A stretch of DNA of 24,430 nucleotides from Gemmatimonadota bacterium (GTDB lineage: Bacteria > Gemmatimonadota > Gemmatimonadetes > Longimicrobiales > Gaopeijiaceae): positions 1 through 24,430 of the forward strand of contig JBBDIW010000057.1 of the NCBI GenBank assembly GCA_040880165.1, written 5' to 3'. The position numbers and the translations under genes were made by a program. Under the pieces are notes generated by a model. That model did no database searches, was not told the DNA's origin, and saw only the letters and a list, made by a program, of their open reading frames with translations. Positions within the stretch are counted from its first letter, which is position 1. Each line of letters starts with the position of its first letter. Shown piece by piece: positions 16,910-24,430 of the stretch.

Positions 16910-17980
16910 TCATTCCAGAATACGATTGACCAGCGACGAGGTATAGTCCACGATCGCGATCACTTTCTCATACGGCATCCGCGTCGGTCCGATGACGCCG
17001 ATAACCCCCTTCAGCCCCCCAACCCGGTACTCCGCCGTCACCAGCGTAAAGTCCGAGAGCTCGAGCGTCTCGTGCTCGCCGCCGATCGTGATCTTGAGGC
17101 CGGCGTCGTGCACCCGCGCTCCCAGGACCCCGGCCAGAAAGTCGCGCTGCTCGGTCAGTTCGATCAACCCCTTGAGGCTTTCCCCGCTCATGAACTCGGG
17201 CTGCGTCGCGAGGATGCTGGCCTGCCCCAGGTGGACCGCCTCGTCCATCTTCGGCGTCTGGAACAACTCGCCGCCGGACTGCATGAAGATGTTGAGCAAC
17301 TCCTCGGCGCCGGGCTCCCCGTCGGGCGCGGCGTCCCTCAGCCGGTCGGCGAAGCTCTCGCGGATCTCCCGGAGCGTAAGGCCCGCCAGGCGTTCGTTCA
17401 GGAGCAGCGTGAGTGTGACCAGCGTGTCGGACGGCACCTCGAAGGGGAGGTCGACGTAGACGGTGCGGACGATGCCGCTCCGGATCGTCGCCACGAGGAG
17501 CACCTTGTTCGTCGCCACCTGCAGGAGGTCGAGCTTCTCGAGCACGGCGGTGTCCAGCCCCGGTGCCACCGCGATGCCCAGCTCCTGCGACAGCAGACTG
17601 AGCGCGCGCGTCGTGCGCCGCACCAGGCGTTCCACCGCGGACGAGCCTCCCACATCCAGCTCGTGCGCGAGACGGTCCTGTTCCTCGGACGTGAGGACGG
17701 CCGGCTCGATGAAGTGGTCGACGTAGACGCGGTAGGCGAGGTCCGTCGGGACCCGACCCGCGGAGGTGTGGGGATGGAAGAGGTACCCCTTCTCCTCCAG
17801 GTCGCTCATCGTGTTGCGGACTGTGGCCGCGGAGATCCCGAGTTCGTGTCGACGGGCGACGTTGCGGCTCCCCGCGGGCTCGGCGGTATCCACGTACGTG
17901 CGCACCACGGCCTCGAGGACGCGGCGTTCGCGCTCCGAAAGGTCCTGGCCGTAGTCACTCTGCATTTCGCGGTCCTTCAT
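16910..17980 (-). CDS. hrcA: Heat-inducible transcription repressor HrcA
   Basis: Motifs LSERERRVL, SAATVRNTMSDLEEKGYL.HPHTSAGRVPT and GVIGPTRMPY. ATG at 17980 overlaps the hemW stop (ATGA); alternative ATG at 17965. Confidence 0.96.
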   Translation of the reverse strand: MKDREMQSDYGQDLSERERRVLEAVVRTYVDTAEPAGSRNVARRHELGISAATVRNTMSDLEEKGYLFHPHTSAGRVPTDLAYRVYVDHFIEPAVLTSEEQDRLAHELDVGGSSAVERLVRRTTRALSLLSQELGIAVAPGLDTAVLEKLDLLQVATNKVLLVATIRSGIVRTVYVDLPFEVPSDTLVTLTLLLNERLAGLTLREIRESFADRLRDAAPDGEPGAEELLNIFMQSGGELFQTPKMDEAVHLGQASILATQPEFMSGESLKGLIELTEQRDFLAGVLGARVHDAGLKITIGGEHETLELSDFTLVTAEYRVGGLKGVIGVIGPTRMPYEKVIAIVDYTSSLVNRILE

Positions 17981-19179
17981 TGACGTTTCCGGGTCCGGAT
18001 CGAGATCGGGCGACTGTCGGAGGGTGAGGCGGGAAGGCATCGTTCGAGCTCGACGACGAGGTGATCGAGGCGCAGCCACCCCTCCCCGGTGAGCCGTACG
18101 ACCTCCGGGTCGTCTTCGGCGTACCCCTCGCGAATCCAACGTGCGACGAGCCGCGCCGCTTCCGGCGGAAGGCGGTCCCGCGGCACCCCGCTCCGCGCGC
18201 GGAGTCCGAGCCAGAGTCCCTCGAGCCGTGCCTGCTGCACGCTGAGTTCCTCTTCCCCCTCCACCGTCGAATGCCTCGACAAGGTATCGTCTCGGGCTGC
18301 CGTACAATATCCCCCCCAGTCGGCGAGGTTCCAGCGGCGTCGCGGCGGAAGATAACTGTGCGCCCCGTTTCCGAGCCCCACGTAGGGACGCCCGGAGAGG
18401 TACGCCAGTCCGTGACGGGACTCGCGACCGGGAAGCGCGAACGACGACACCTCGTAATGGTGATACCCCGCCGCGCGCAGCACGCGCGACGCCCGTCGGT
18501 AGGCGTCCCGGCTCGCTTCCGGCTCGGGCATCCGCTCCTTCCCGGCCTCCACGTCAGCCGCGAGCGGGGTCCCCGGCTCCACCGAGATCTCCTGCAGCGT
18601 CACGTGCGCGGGGCGGAGCGCGGCGACGCGGTCGAGCTCCGCCTGCCAGTCGTGTCCGACCCCCTCCGGCAGGCCGAGCGCGAGGTCCACGTTCACGTTC
18701 GCGATGCCCGCGCCCAGCGCGGCGTCCAGCGCCCGGTACGCCTCTTCGGCCGAGTGAATGCGGCCAAGCCAGCGGAGCGCGTCGTCCTGGAGGCTCTGGA
18801 TGCCGAGGCTCACCCGGTTCACGCCGCTTTCCCGCCACGCCGCCGCGAGCTCCGGCGTCAGGTCCTCGGGATTCGCCTCCGCCGTCCATTCCAGCCCCGG
18901 CGAAGCGAGCAGCCGTTCCCCGAAGAGGCTCCGGAGTCCCCGCATCGCTTCCGCGCCGAGCGCGGAAGGGGTGCCCCCTCCCACGTAGAGCGTCTCGAGC
19001 CGCCCGATCTGCGGGCCGCCCGCCCCCGTCACGGCCTTCCACTCCCCGCGGATCGCCTCGAGCCAGGGCGAGACCCCGCCCTCCTCGAGCTCCGCCACGG
19101 CATAGTCGCAGTACGGACACCGCCGTCGGCAGAAGGGAATGTGGACGTAGACCGAGCGCACCACGTGCGACTCAGGCAT
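17977..19179 (-). CDS. hemW: Radical SAM heme chaperone HemW (HemN-like)
   Basis: YVHIPFCRRRCPYCD (CxxxCxxC), TLYVGGGTPS, EANPE, NRVSLGIQS and VNVDL. The hemW-hrcA adjacency is conserved in many bacteria. Confidence 0.85.
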   Translation of the reverse strand: MPESHVVRSVYVHIPFCRRRCPYCDYAVAELEEGGVSPWLEAIRGEWKAVTGAGGPQIGRLETLYVGGGTPSALGAEAMRGLRSLFGERLLASPGLEWTAEANPEDLTPELAAAWRESGVNRVSLGIQSLQDDALRWLGRIHSAEEAYRALDAALGAGIANVNVDLALGLPEGVGHDWQAELDRVAALRPAHVTLQEISVEPGTPLAADVEAGKERMPEPEASRDAYRRASRVLRAAGYHHYEVSSFALPGRESRHGLAYLSGRPYVGLGNGAHSYLPPRRRWNLADWGGYCTAARDDTLSRHSTVEGEEELSVQQARLEGLWLGLRARSGVPRDRLPPEAARLVARWIREGYAEDDPEVVRLTGEGWLRLDHLVVELERCLPASPSDSRPISIRTRKRQ

Positions 19180-20281
19180 CGAACGTTCCGCGCGCGGAGC
19201 GGGCGAAGCGTCGGCCGGCTTCCTGGACCACCCACCCCGACAGCTCGAGCATGGAGGCGGCGGCCAGACCGCGGGCGGACGTGAGCCCCGCCCGGGCGAT
19301 CAGGTCGTCCAGGTGGGAGCCCCCCATTTCCATTTCCTGCCAGAGGAGCCGCGCGTCCGCCCCCAGATACGCCGGCGGCTCGCCGGGATCTTCGGTCACG
19401 TCGATCCCGCCCTCCGACCACCTCAGCTCCTTGAAGATGTGCGCGACGTCCGTCACCAGCTTCGAACCGTCGCGGATCAGGTCGTGGCACCCTGCGCTCC
19501 GCCCGTCTTCGACGGAACCCGGGAGCGCGAAGACCTCCAGCCCGAGCGAGGTCGCGTGCCGGACCGTGTGGAGCGCTCCGCTCTTCGCGGCCGCCTCCAC
19601 GACGACCACACCTCCCGACAGCCCCGCAATGACCCGGTTGCGACGGGGAAAGTGATGCGGAAGCGCGCCCTCGCCGGGGAGGAATTCCGAGACGACGAGC
19701 CCCTTCCGCACGATCTCGCGAAAGAGTCCCCGGTTCGACGCGGGATAGGGGACGTCCAGCCCGGAGCCGAGTACCGCGATCGTGCCGCCGTCCGCATCGA
19801 GGCACCCCCGGTGCGCCGCCGCGTCCACACCCCGGGCCATGCCGCTCACGACCACGACGTCCCGGGCCGCGAGATCCGCCGCGAGCGCCGCCGCCACCCG
19901 CCGGCCGTAGCCACTCGCCCGGCGCGCGCCCACGATTGCCACCGACCTCCGCTCCAGGAGCTTGAGGTCGCCCTTCAGGAAGAGGACGGGCGGGGGAACG
20001 AAGTGTTCCCGGAGCAGCTTCGGGTAGCCTTCCTGCCCGAGGACGAGGGTCGTGAGCTTCAGCTCCGCGACCCGCCGCATGATCTCGTCCACGCGCTGGT
20101 GCACGTCGGCGCGGTCCCGCTCTGCCGCCGCCGCGCGGCTCGTCCATTGCGCGAAGTCGGTGCGGGCCGCGGCGAGCGCGTCCTGCGGAGAGCCGAATTC
20201 CTCGACGAGCCGCTTGACCGTCAGGTCTCCCACGCCCGGAAGGAGCCGCAACCGCAGAAAGGCGCGCGTTCTCCACTCCAC
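19172..20281 (-). CDS. dprA: DNA-processing protein DprA (Smf)
   Basis: Motifs PPVLFLKG, VAIVGAR, VVSGMARGVDAAAH, FPRRNRVIAGLS, SGALHT and a C-terminal winged helix. GTG start at 20281 after a purine-rich SD. Confidence 0.94.
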   Translation of the reverse strand: MEWRTRAFLRLRLLPGVGDLTVKRLVEEFGSPQDALAAARTDFAQWTSRAAAAERDRADVHQRVDEIMRRVAELKLTTLVLGQEGYPKLLREHFVPPPVLFLKGDLKLLERRSVAIVGARRASGYGRRVAAALAADLAARDVVVVSGMARGVDAAAHRGCLDADGGTIAVLGSGLDVPYPASNRGLFREIVRKGLVVSEFLPGEGALPHHFPRRNRVIAGLSGGVVVVEAAAKSGALHTVRHATSLGLEVFALPGSVEDGRSAGCHDLIRDGSKLVTDVAHIFKELRWSEGGIDVTEDPGEPPAYLGADARLLWQEMEMGGSHLDDLIARAGLTSARGLAAASMLELSGWVVQEAGRRFARSARGTFDA

Positions 20282-20295
20282 CTCCCTTCTCCCCT

Positions 20296-21327
20296 TCAGG
20301 AGACGTCCCACCACGCCTCCTCCGCTTCCTCGTCCGACTCCTCCTTCTCCGTGCGGCGTGTCCGGGCCCAGAGCGCCTCGAGCAGCGGCTGCAGCCCTGT
20401 GCGCGTCACCGCCGAGATCGCGAACGTCGCCCATGCGTCGGGGGCGTCGATGGTCGGCGGCTCGTCGTCGGGCCCCACCAGGTCCATCTTCGTCACGACG
20501 ACGCAGTGCGGCCGCTCGGCCAGGTTCACCGAGTGGCTGGCCAACTCCGCCCGGAGTCGCTCGTAGGCGGCCTGCGGATCCGGGGAGTCGGACGGGACGA
20601 GCAGCGCGAGCGTCCGGGTCCGCTCGATGTGCCGCAGGAACTGGAGCCCCAGACCCTTCCCCTCGTGTGCCCCCTCGATGATGCCCGGGATGTCCGCCAC
20701 CACGAAGGAGCGGAAGTCGGAGAGCGAGACGACGCCCAGGTTCGGCGTGAGCGTGGTGAAGGGGTACGCACCGACCTTCGGGCTCGCGCCGGAGACGGTG
20801 GCGACGAGGGTCGACTTGCCCGCGTTCGGCTCACCCACCAGCCCGACGTCCGCGATGAGCTTCAACTCGAGCTCGAGCGTGCGCGCCTCCCCCTCCTCCC
20901 CCGGCTCCCAGTGGGTGGGCGCCTGGCGGGTCGCGGTAGCGAAGCGCGCGTTGCCACGGCCGCCCCGTCCGCCCTTCGCGGCGACGAACCGCTCCCCCGG
21001 GGTGAGGAGCTCTCCCACCACCTCGCCGCTCTCCGCGTCCTTCACGATCGTGCCCGGCGGAACCGACAGCTCGAGGTCCTCGCCACGGCGACCGCTCTTG
21101 TTGCTCCCCCCGCCGTGCTGGCCCCGCCCCGCGGCGTACCGGTGCCGGTAGCGGAAGTCGAGCAGGGTGGAGAGCTGCGGATCCACCACGATGATGACGC
21201 TCCCGCCGTCGCCGCCGTCTCCGCCCGCCGGGCCGCCGCGGGGCACGCCGGATTCACGGCGGAACGCCTCGGAGCCGGAGCCCCCGGTGCCGCCTTCCAC
21301 TTCGATGACCACGCGATCGATGAACAT
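20296..21327 (-). CDS. obgE: GTPase ObgE/CgtA
   Basis: MFID start, Gly-rich Obg domain (GGPAGGDGGDGG), G1 GEPNAGKST, G2 YPFTT, G3 DIPG and G4 TKMD. It ends in a short acidic tail with no OCT domain. ATG at 21327 with an AAGGGA SD. Confidence 0.97.
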   Translation of the reverse strand: MFIDRVVIEVEGGTGGSGSEAFRRESGVPRGGPAGGDGGDGGSVIIVVDPQLSTLLDFRYRHRYAAGRGQHGGGSNKSGRRGEDLELSVPPGTIVKDAESGEVVGELLTPGERFVAAKGGRGGRGNARFATATRQAPTHWEPGEEGEARTLELELKLIADVGLVGEPNAGKSTLVATVSGASPKVGAYPFTTLTPNLGVVSLSDFRSFVVADIPGIIEGAHEGKGLGLQFLRHIERTRTLALLVPSDSPDPQAAYERLRAELASHSVNLAERPHCVVVTKMDLVGPDDEPPTIDAPDAWATFAISAVTRTGLQPLLEALWARTRRTEKEESDEEAEEAWWDVS

Positions 21328-21504
21328 GTCTTCCCTTGATGATCCGTTCCCGGGCGGACCCGCCGCCCTCGGTTTTCCGCGAACCAGTTCTGCGAGGCTG
21401 CGTCCCGATCCCGGCGCGGGGCTTCGCCCGCACACACTCCCGGCAATCGAGACAAGGTGTGGCACAACGTGCCAACCATTGCCCGCCGAGCGGCCCATTG
21501 TTCG

Positions 21505-21529
21505 ATTCGCCACCTATAGCGTGGCGAAT
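21505..21529. repeat. Inverted repeat ATTCGCCAC-N7-GTGGCGAAT in the obgE upstream spacer
   Basis: Read directly from the sequence: perfect 9-bp arms around CTATAGC. The segment TATAGCGTGGCGAA (21515-21528) recurs as TATAGGGTGGCGAA (21579-21592). Confidence 0.8.
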
Positions 21530-21688
21530 TCCCCCCCCGAATCCGCATCCGTCGACCTTTCGGGGCGACTTGTGCCCGTATAGGGTGGCGAACATGCCAA
21601 ACGAGTCGGCGGGCCGTCGCTTTTGGCGGCTTTGACCCCTGGTTCTCGCACGGTTGTCCGGTCGCGAGACGGCCACCCCGTTTCCGGG

Positions 21689-22342
21689 TCAGTTTTTCGC
21701 GGCCCGAGCCCGCTCTGCCCGCTCCGACACCTCGCGCCAGACATCGCGGGCGGCGCGCCGCGCGTCGGCGCTTGCGAACGATCCCGCGAGGGCGACCGCC
21801 GCCGCCACTTCCTCTGCCCCGGCCCCCGCGTTCAGCGCACCGCGCAGATGCGAGTAGAGCTGCCTCGGCGTCGCGAGGACGACGAGCAGCGCCACGATGC
21901 AGAGCTCGCGGAGCCGTAGCGGGAGCCCGGGCCTTCCCAGCACCTTTCCATACCCTTCCGTCACCATCCACGTCTCGAGCTCCGGATGGAGCGCGCGCAC
22001 GTTTTCGCGGAGCGCCGGATACTGCCCTCCGTACACCGTGCGGCACACCTCTCCCCCCCGCTCGCGCCACGCGTCCGGATCCACCGGGGGCGCCTCCGTC
22101 GCCGTCGCGGCCTCCAGGAGCCGCCAGCGTGCGAAGCCATTGAGAGCCACGGGGTATCCCAGAAAGAGGTAACTCTGGAGCAGCACCTCCTCGATCTGCT
22201 CGGATCCCGCCACCGCACGCGCCTCCGCCAGCGCGCGGTCGAGCGCCCCTTCGTCCCGCGCGGCCAACGCGGCGCTCACCCGGACCAGGGCCTCCTCCGC
22301 CGGCGCCAGCGCACCCGCCGCAGCGGTATCCGCACCGGTCAC
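21689..22342 (-). CDS. Carboxymuconolactone decarboxylase (CMD)/AhpD-like family protein
   Basis: C-terminal YGKVLGRPGL.LR.RELCIVA...QLYSHLRGALNAGA..EEV is a CMD fold. The N-terminal half (EEVLLQSYLFLGYP) resembles a second CMD-like repeat. GTG start overlaps the upstream stop (GTGA). Confidence 0.8.
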   Translation of the reverse strand: MTGADTAAAGALAPAEEALVRVSAALAARDEGALDRALAEARAVAGSEQIEEVLLQSYLFLGYPVALNGFARWRLLEAATATEAPPVDPDAWRERGGEVCRTVYGGQYPALRENVRALHPELETWMVTEGYGKVLGRPGLPLRLRELCIVALLVVLATPRQLYSHLRGALNAGAGAEEVAAAVALAGSFASADARRAARDVWREVSERAERARAAKN

Positions 22343-23364
22343 GGGCCCGCCACCCCCTTCACCGCTCCCCTCCGCTCGAGCGAAAAGGTCGCTTCGACGC
22401 TTCCGGTCACCTCGCCCAGCGTGTTCCGGATCTCGGGCGTCCGGAACGACCGGAGCGCGTCCAGCTCATCCGCTGACAGCAGCTTCAGCTCCTCCAGCAC
22501 CCGCACGAGCGCGGCGTCGCTGGCCCGCTTCGCCCCGTCTTCCACCTTGAGCGCGATCCCGATGCCGGAACCGGGAACGCCCGCCCCGTACACCCCCTCC
22601 GCACCCGTTTTCACGAAGATGCGTCCCCCCGCGGCCCGCATCAGGTCCGTGCACAGACGCCCCGTCCCGGCGATGCAGAACGGATGTTCGGTCATCGAGC
22701 GCACGATCCGTGCGACACCCGCGTGCTCCCCGGCCGCGCGAGCGAAGCGGGCGAAGGAGCCGGCCATGCGCGCGAGCGGCACGGCGAAGCAGACCACGCC
22801 GCAGCCGTCGAGTCCGGTGCCGACGTCATCCTCCGGCACCCCGGACCAACGCGCGATCTCCTTCAGCATCCTCCCCTGCACCGGATGATCGGGGCGGGTG
22901 TACCCCGCCGTCGGCCAGCCGTGAGCGAGCGCGAGCGCGAGCATTCCGGCGTGCTTTCCCGAGCAGTTGTTGTGGATCGGCCCCGGCTCCTTCCCCGAAC
23001 GCAGCAGTGCCGCCGTCTCCCGCGCCGGAAACGGGAGATGCGGTCCGCACTCCAGCGCGTCCTCCCCGATGCCCGCCTTCGCGAGGATCGAGCGCGCGAG
23101 CTCGAGGTGCCGCGGCTCGCTGTTGTGCGAGGCCGAACAGATCGCGAGCTCCTCCCCCGTCAGCCCCAGCCGGTCTGCCACTCCGTCCTCCACCAGCGGC
23201 AGCGTCTGGAAGGGCTTCGCGGCGGAGCGGTAGAACGTCGCGTGCCGGACTTCGCCCACCGAGGCGAGCAGCTCGCCCTCGGCGTCGACGACGGCGACGT
23301 GCACCCGGTGCACCGACTCCGTGATTCCGCCCCGCAGAACCCGAAGGTCCCCTTCAAGAAACAT
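22339..23364 (-). CDS. L-asparaginase, Rhizobium etli-type (class 3; Asparaginase_II family)
   Basis: Motifs RGGITESVH, RSAAKPFQ, CSASHNSE, HNNCSGKH, DGCG and KTGAEG, all characteristic of this family. ATG at 23364 has GGAG upstream; in-frame ATGs also occur at 23379 and 23400. Confidence 0.9.
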   Translation of the reverse strand: MFLEGDLRVLRGGITESVHRVHVAVVDAEGELLASVGEVRHATFYRSAAKPFQTLPLVEDGVADRLGLTGEELAICSASHNSEPRHLELARSILAKAGIGEDALECGPHLPFPARETAALLRSGKEPGPIHNNCSGKHAGMLALALAHGWPTAGYTRPDHPVQGRMLKEIARWSGVPEDDVGTGLDGCGVVCFAVPLARMAGSFARFARAAGEHAGVARIVRSMTEHPFCIAGTGRLCTDLMRAAGGRIFVKTGAEGVYGAGVPGSGIGIALKVEDGAKRASDAALVRVLEELKLLSADELDALRSFRTPEIRNTLGEVTGSVEATFSLERRGAVKGVAGP

Positions 23365-23594
23365 ACAATCTCCGTCCATCGGAATGGGAATCCGGGCCAT
23401 GCCGGATTCGGGACACAGGGATGATCGCGATTTCGGGGCGTTCCGAATAGTGCGAGGTGGGCGGGGCTGGCCCGATGACGCTGTGCTCTGAAGGCATGCG
23501 CGGCGCGGCACAAGGAGCGCCCGCTCCCCCCCGACAGCGACGCCCCCACAAAGTGACTCCTGGACGCAGCCTGGAACGTGACTGGGGCAGTTGG

Positions 23595-23609
23595 GTGGAA
23601 TAATTCCAC
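23595..23609. promoter_or_regulatory. Perfect 7-1-7 palindrome GTGGAAT-A-ATTCCAC, candidate operator
   Basis: The palindrome is read directly from the sequence. It is an AT-rich patch in the divergent asparaginase/rof spacer. The regulatory role is an inference. Confidence 0.45.
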
Positions 23610-23814
23610 TGAAGTGCCCGTCGCCGGAGCGGCTCCCGCAGGGAAGGTCACCTGGTGTGGGTCTGAAGATCATTCCGCCCACGGGGAGCCCGATCCCCCT
23701 CCCTGCGCGGCCCGGGACCGGGAGCGGGTCCGCTGGAACGGAATCTGCGATTGGAAGACCGAAAGACGAAGGACTCGCCAGGGACCACCATCCTGCGACC
23801 GGGGAACGCGAGCG

Positions 23815-24072
23815 ATGAGCGAGAGAGAGTACGAGCCGATCCCCTGTTCAGTGCACGACAAGCTGGAGGATACTTCCGTGCGCGGGACGGTGGCGCACTT
23901 CGTCGTCCGCGAGGAGAGCGGGGAGACGCGCGAGATTCAGGACCGGGTCCGCGATCTCTTCGCGCGCGACGGCGTGGAATACATGAAGACCGCCGAGGGG
24001 CTCGAGATCCCGCTGGACCGGCTCGAGTCCGTGAACGGAGAACCGGTCACCTGTCGAAAGGCGGAAACGTAG
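23815..24072 (+). CDS. rof: Rho-binding antiterminator, Rof/YaeO-like
   Basis: 85 aa. YEPIPCSVHDKLE matches the Rof N-terminal Y.PI.C..(Y/H)D.LE pattern, and RDGVEYM...IPLDRL matches the EY...LD motif. Recognised from memory of the family, not by a search. Confidence 0.72.
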   Translation: MSEREYEPIPCSVHDKLEDTSVRGTVAHFVVREESGETREIQDRVRDLFARDGVEYMKTAEGLEIPLDRLESVNGEPVTCRKAET

Positions 24073-24153
24073 AAAGGGCATGCATCCGGCGCGAGGACTA
24101 CCGTGGGAGCGCGATTATCGCCGTGCGCTGCACCGACCCGCGCGGGCACGGGA

Positions 24154-24430
24154 TCAGCCGGGGAAGCCTCCGGCGTTGACCCAGATGAGACGGAGGCCGA
24201 GCACGACCAGGAGCACCGCGAACATGCGCCGCAGGAGGACGACGTTCACTCGCTGGTTCAGCTGCGCGCCATAGCGGGCGCAGAGGATCGCTCCGGGAAG
24301 CATCGCGAGGCCCGCGGGCACGTGGACGTACCCCATCGTTCCGGGCGGAAGTCCGGTAACGGCCCACCCGGCCACCGCGTACGTGAGGATCCCGGCGGGC
24401 GCGGCGAAGGCGATGACGCCGATCGAGGCC
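24154..24430 (-). CDS. Sulfite exporter TauE/SafE family membrane protein, 3' part only
   Basis: Manual translation gives ASIGVIAFAAPAGILTYAVAG...GYVHVPAGLAMLPGAILCARYGAQL....LLRRMFAVLLVVLGLRLI. This is the typical TauE C-terminus (GYV...A..GA.L...L+R.FA). Confidence 0.8.
   Translation of the reverse strand, partial: ASIGVIAFAAPAGILTYAVAGWAVTGLPPGTMGYVHVPAGLAMLPGAILCARYGAQLNQRVNVVLLRRMFAVLLVVLGLRLIWVNAGGFPG

Noticed and set aside
21458-21476. TTGGCAC/GTGCCA palindrome as a CIRCE or sigma54 promoter
   Set aside because: CIRCE needs CTC-N9-GAG between the outer arms, but here the arms are only 3 bp apart. Sigma54 needs GG-N10-GC, but the spacing here is GG-N8-GC on both strands.
21531-21538. 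C8 homopolymer as a phase-variation switch
   Set aside because: Short C/G runs are frequent in this sequence (for example at 23526-23532), and there is no evidence of length variation.
21551-21630. GAAA-tetraloop hairpin resembling a c-di-GMP-I riboswitch fragment
   Set aside because: It lacks the GGCAAAC and GACGCAAAG consensus elements. An Rfam scan would be needed to revisit this.
21254-21744. Small ORFs inside the obgE and rof spacers (21254-21676, 21336-21635, 21514-21744, 23591-23818, 23354-23551)
   Set aside because: They have no convincing SD, no recognisable motifs, and several mutually overlapping frames. They are probably chance ORFs.
1-24430. tRNA, rRNA, tmRNA, RNase P, SRP, CRISPR arrays, IS elements, integrases, toxin-antitoxin or defence genes, frameshifted pseudogenes
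   Set aside because: No diagnostic motifs, spaced repeats, terminal inverted repeats or broken reading frames were seen, and all recognised genes appear intact.

Overview
This is a very GC-rich bacterial chromosomal segment made up almost entirely of core housekeeping genes. Gene content and order suggest Gemmatimonadota, but that is an inference from memory of the families and was not checked against a database. 23 of 25 CDSs lie on the minus strand, many with overlapping stop/start codons. In transcription order (right to left) the minus-strand genes are: partial TauE/SafE exporter; class-3 L-asparaginase; CMD/AhpD-like protein; obgE; dprA; hemW; hrcA; dnaJ; prmA; HIT; YqeY; mutS2; dnaG; C4 zinc-ribbon protein; recJ; rsmD; coaD; pta; an RsbV/RsbW/RsbU-like partner-switch trio; rsmA; and a partial N-acyl-D-amino-acid deacylase. 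The two plus-strand genes are a Rof-like (Rho-off) gene and an orphan hypothetical gene inside the prmA-HIT run. I found no tRNA, rRNA, CRISPR array, integrase, transposase or defence system. I cannot support a claim of a dramatic new system here. The best leads are: (1) the antisense orphan gene interrupting the operon; (2) a partner-switch module with no sigma factor, coupled to rsmA and lying downstream of coaD-pta; (3) a repeat- and palindrome-rich 361-bp spacer upstream of obgE; (4) a Rof homolog with a perfect 7-1-7 palindrome in its divergent spacer; and (5) a HemW with an eroded signature motif. Start codons were chosen by eye from Shine-Dalgarno (SD)-like motifs and stop/start overlaps. 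The long plus-strand ORFs in the track are antisense shadows of real genes.
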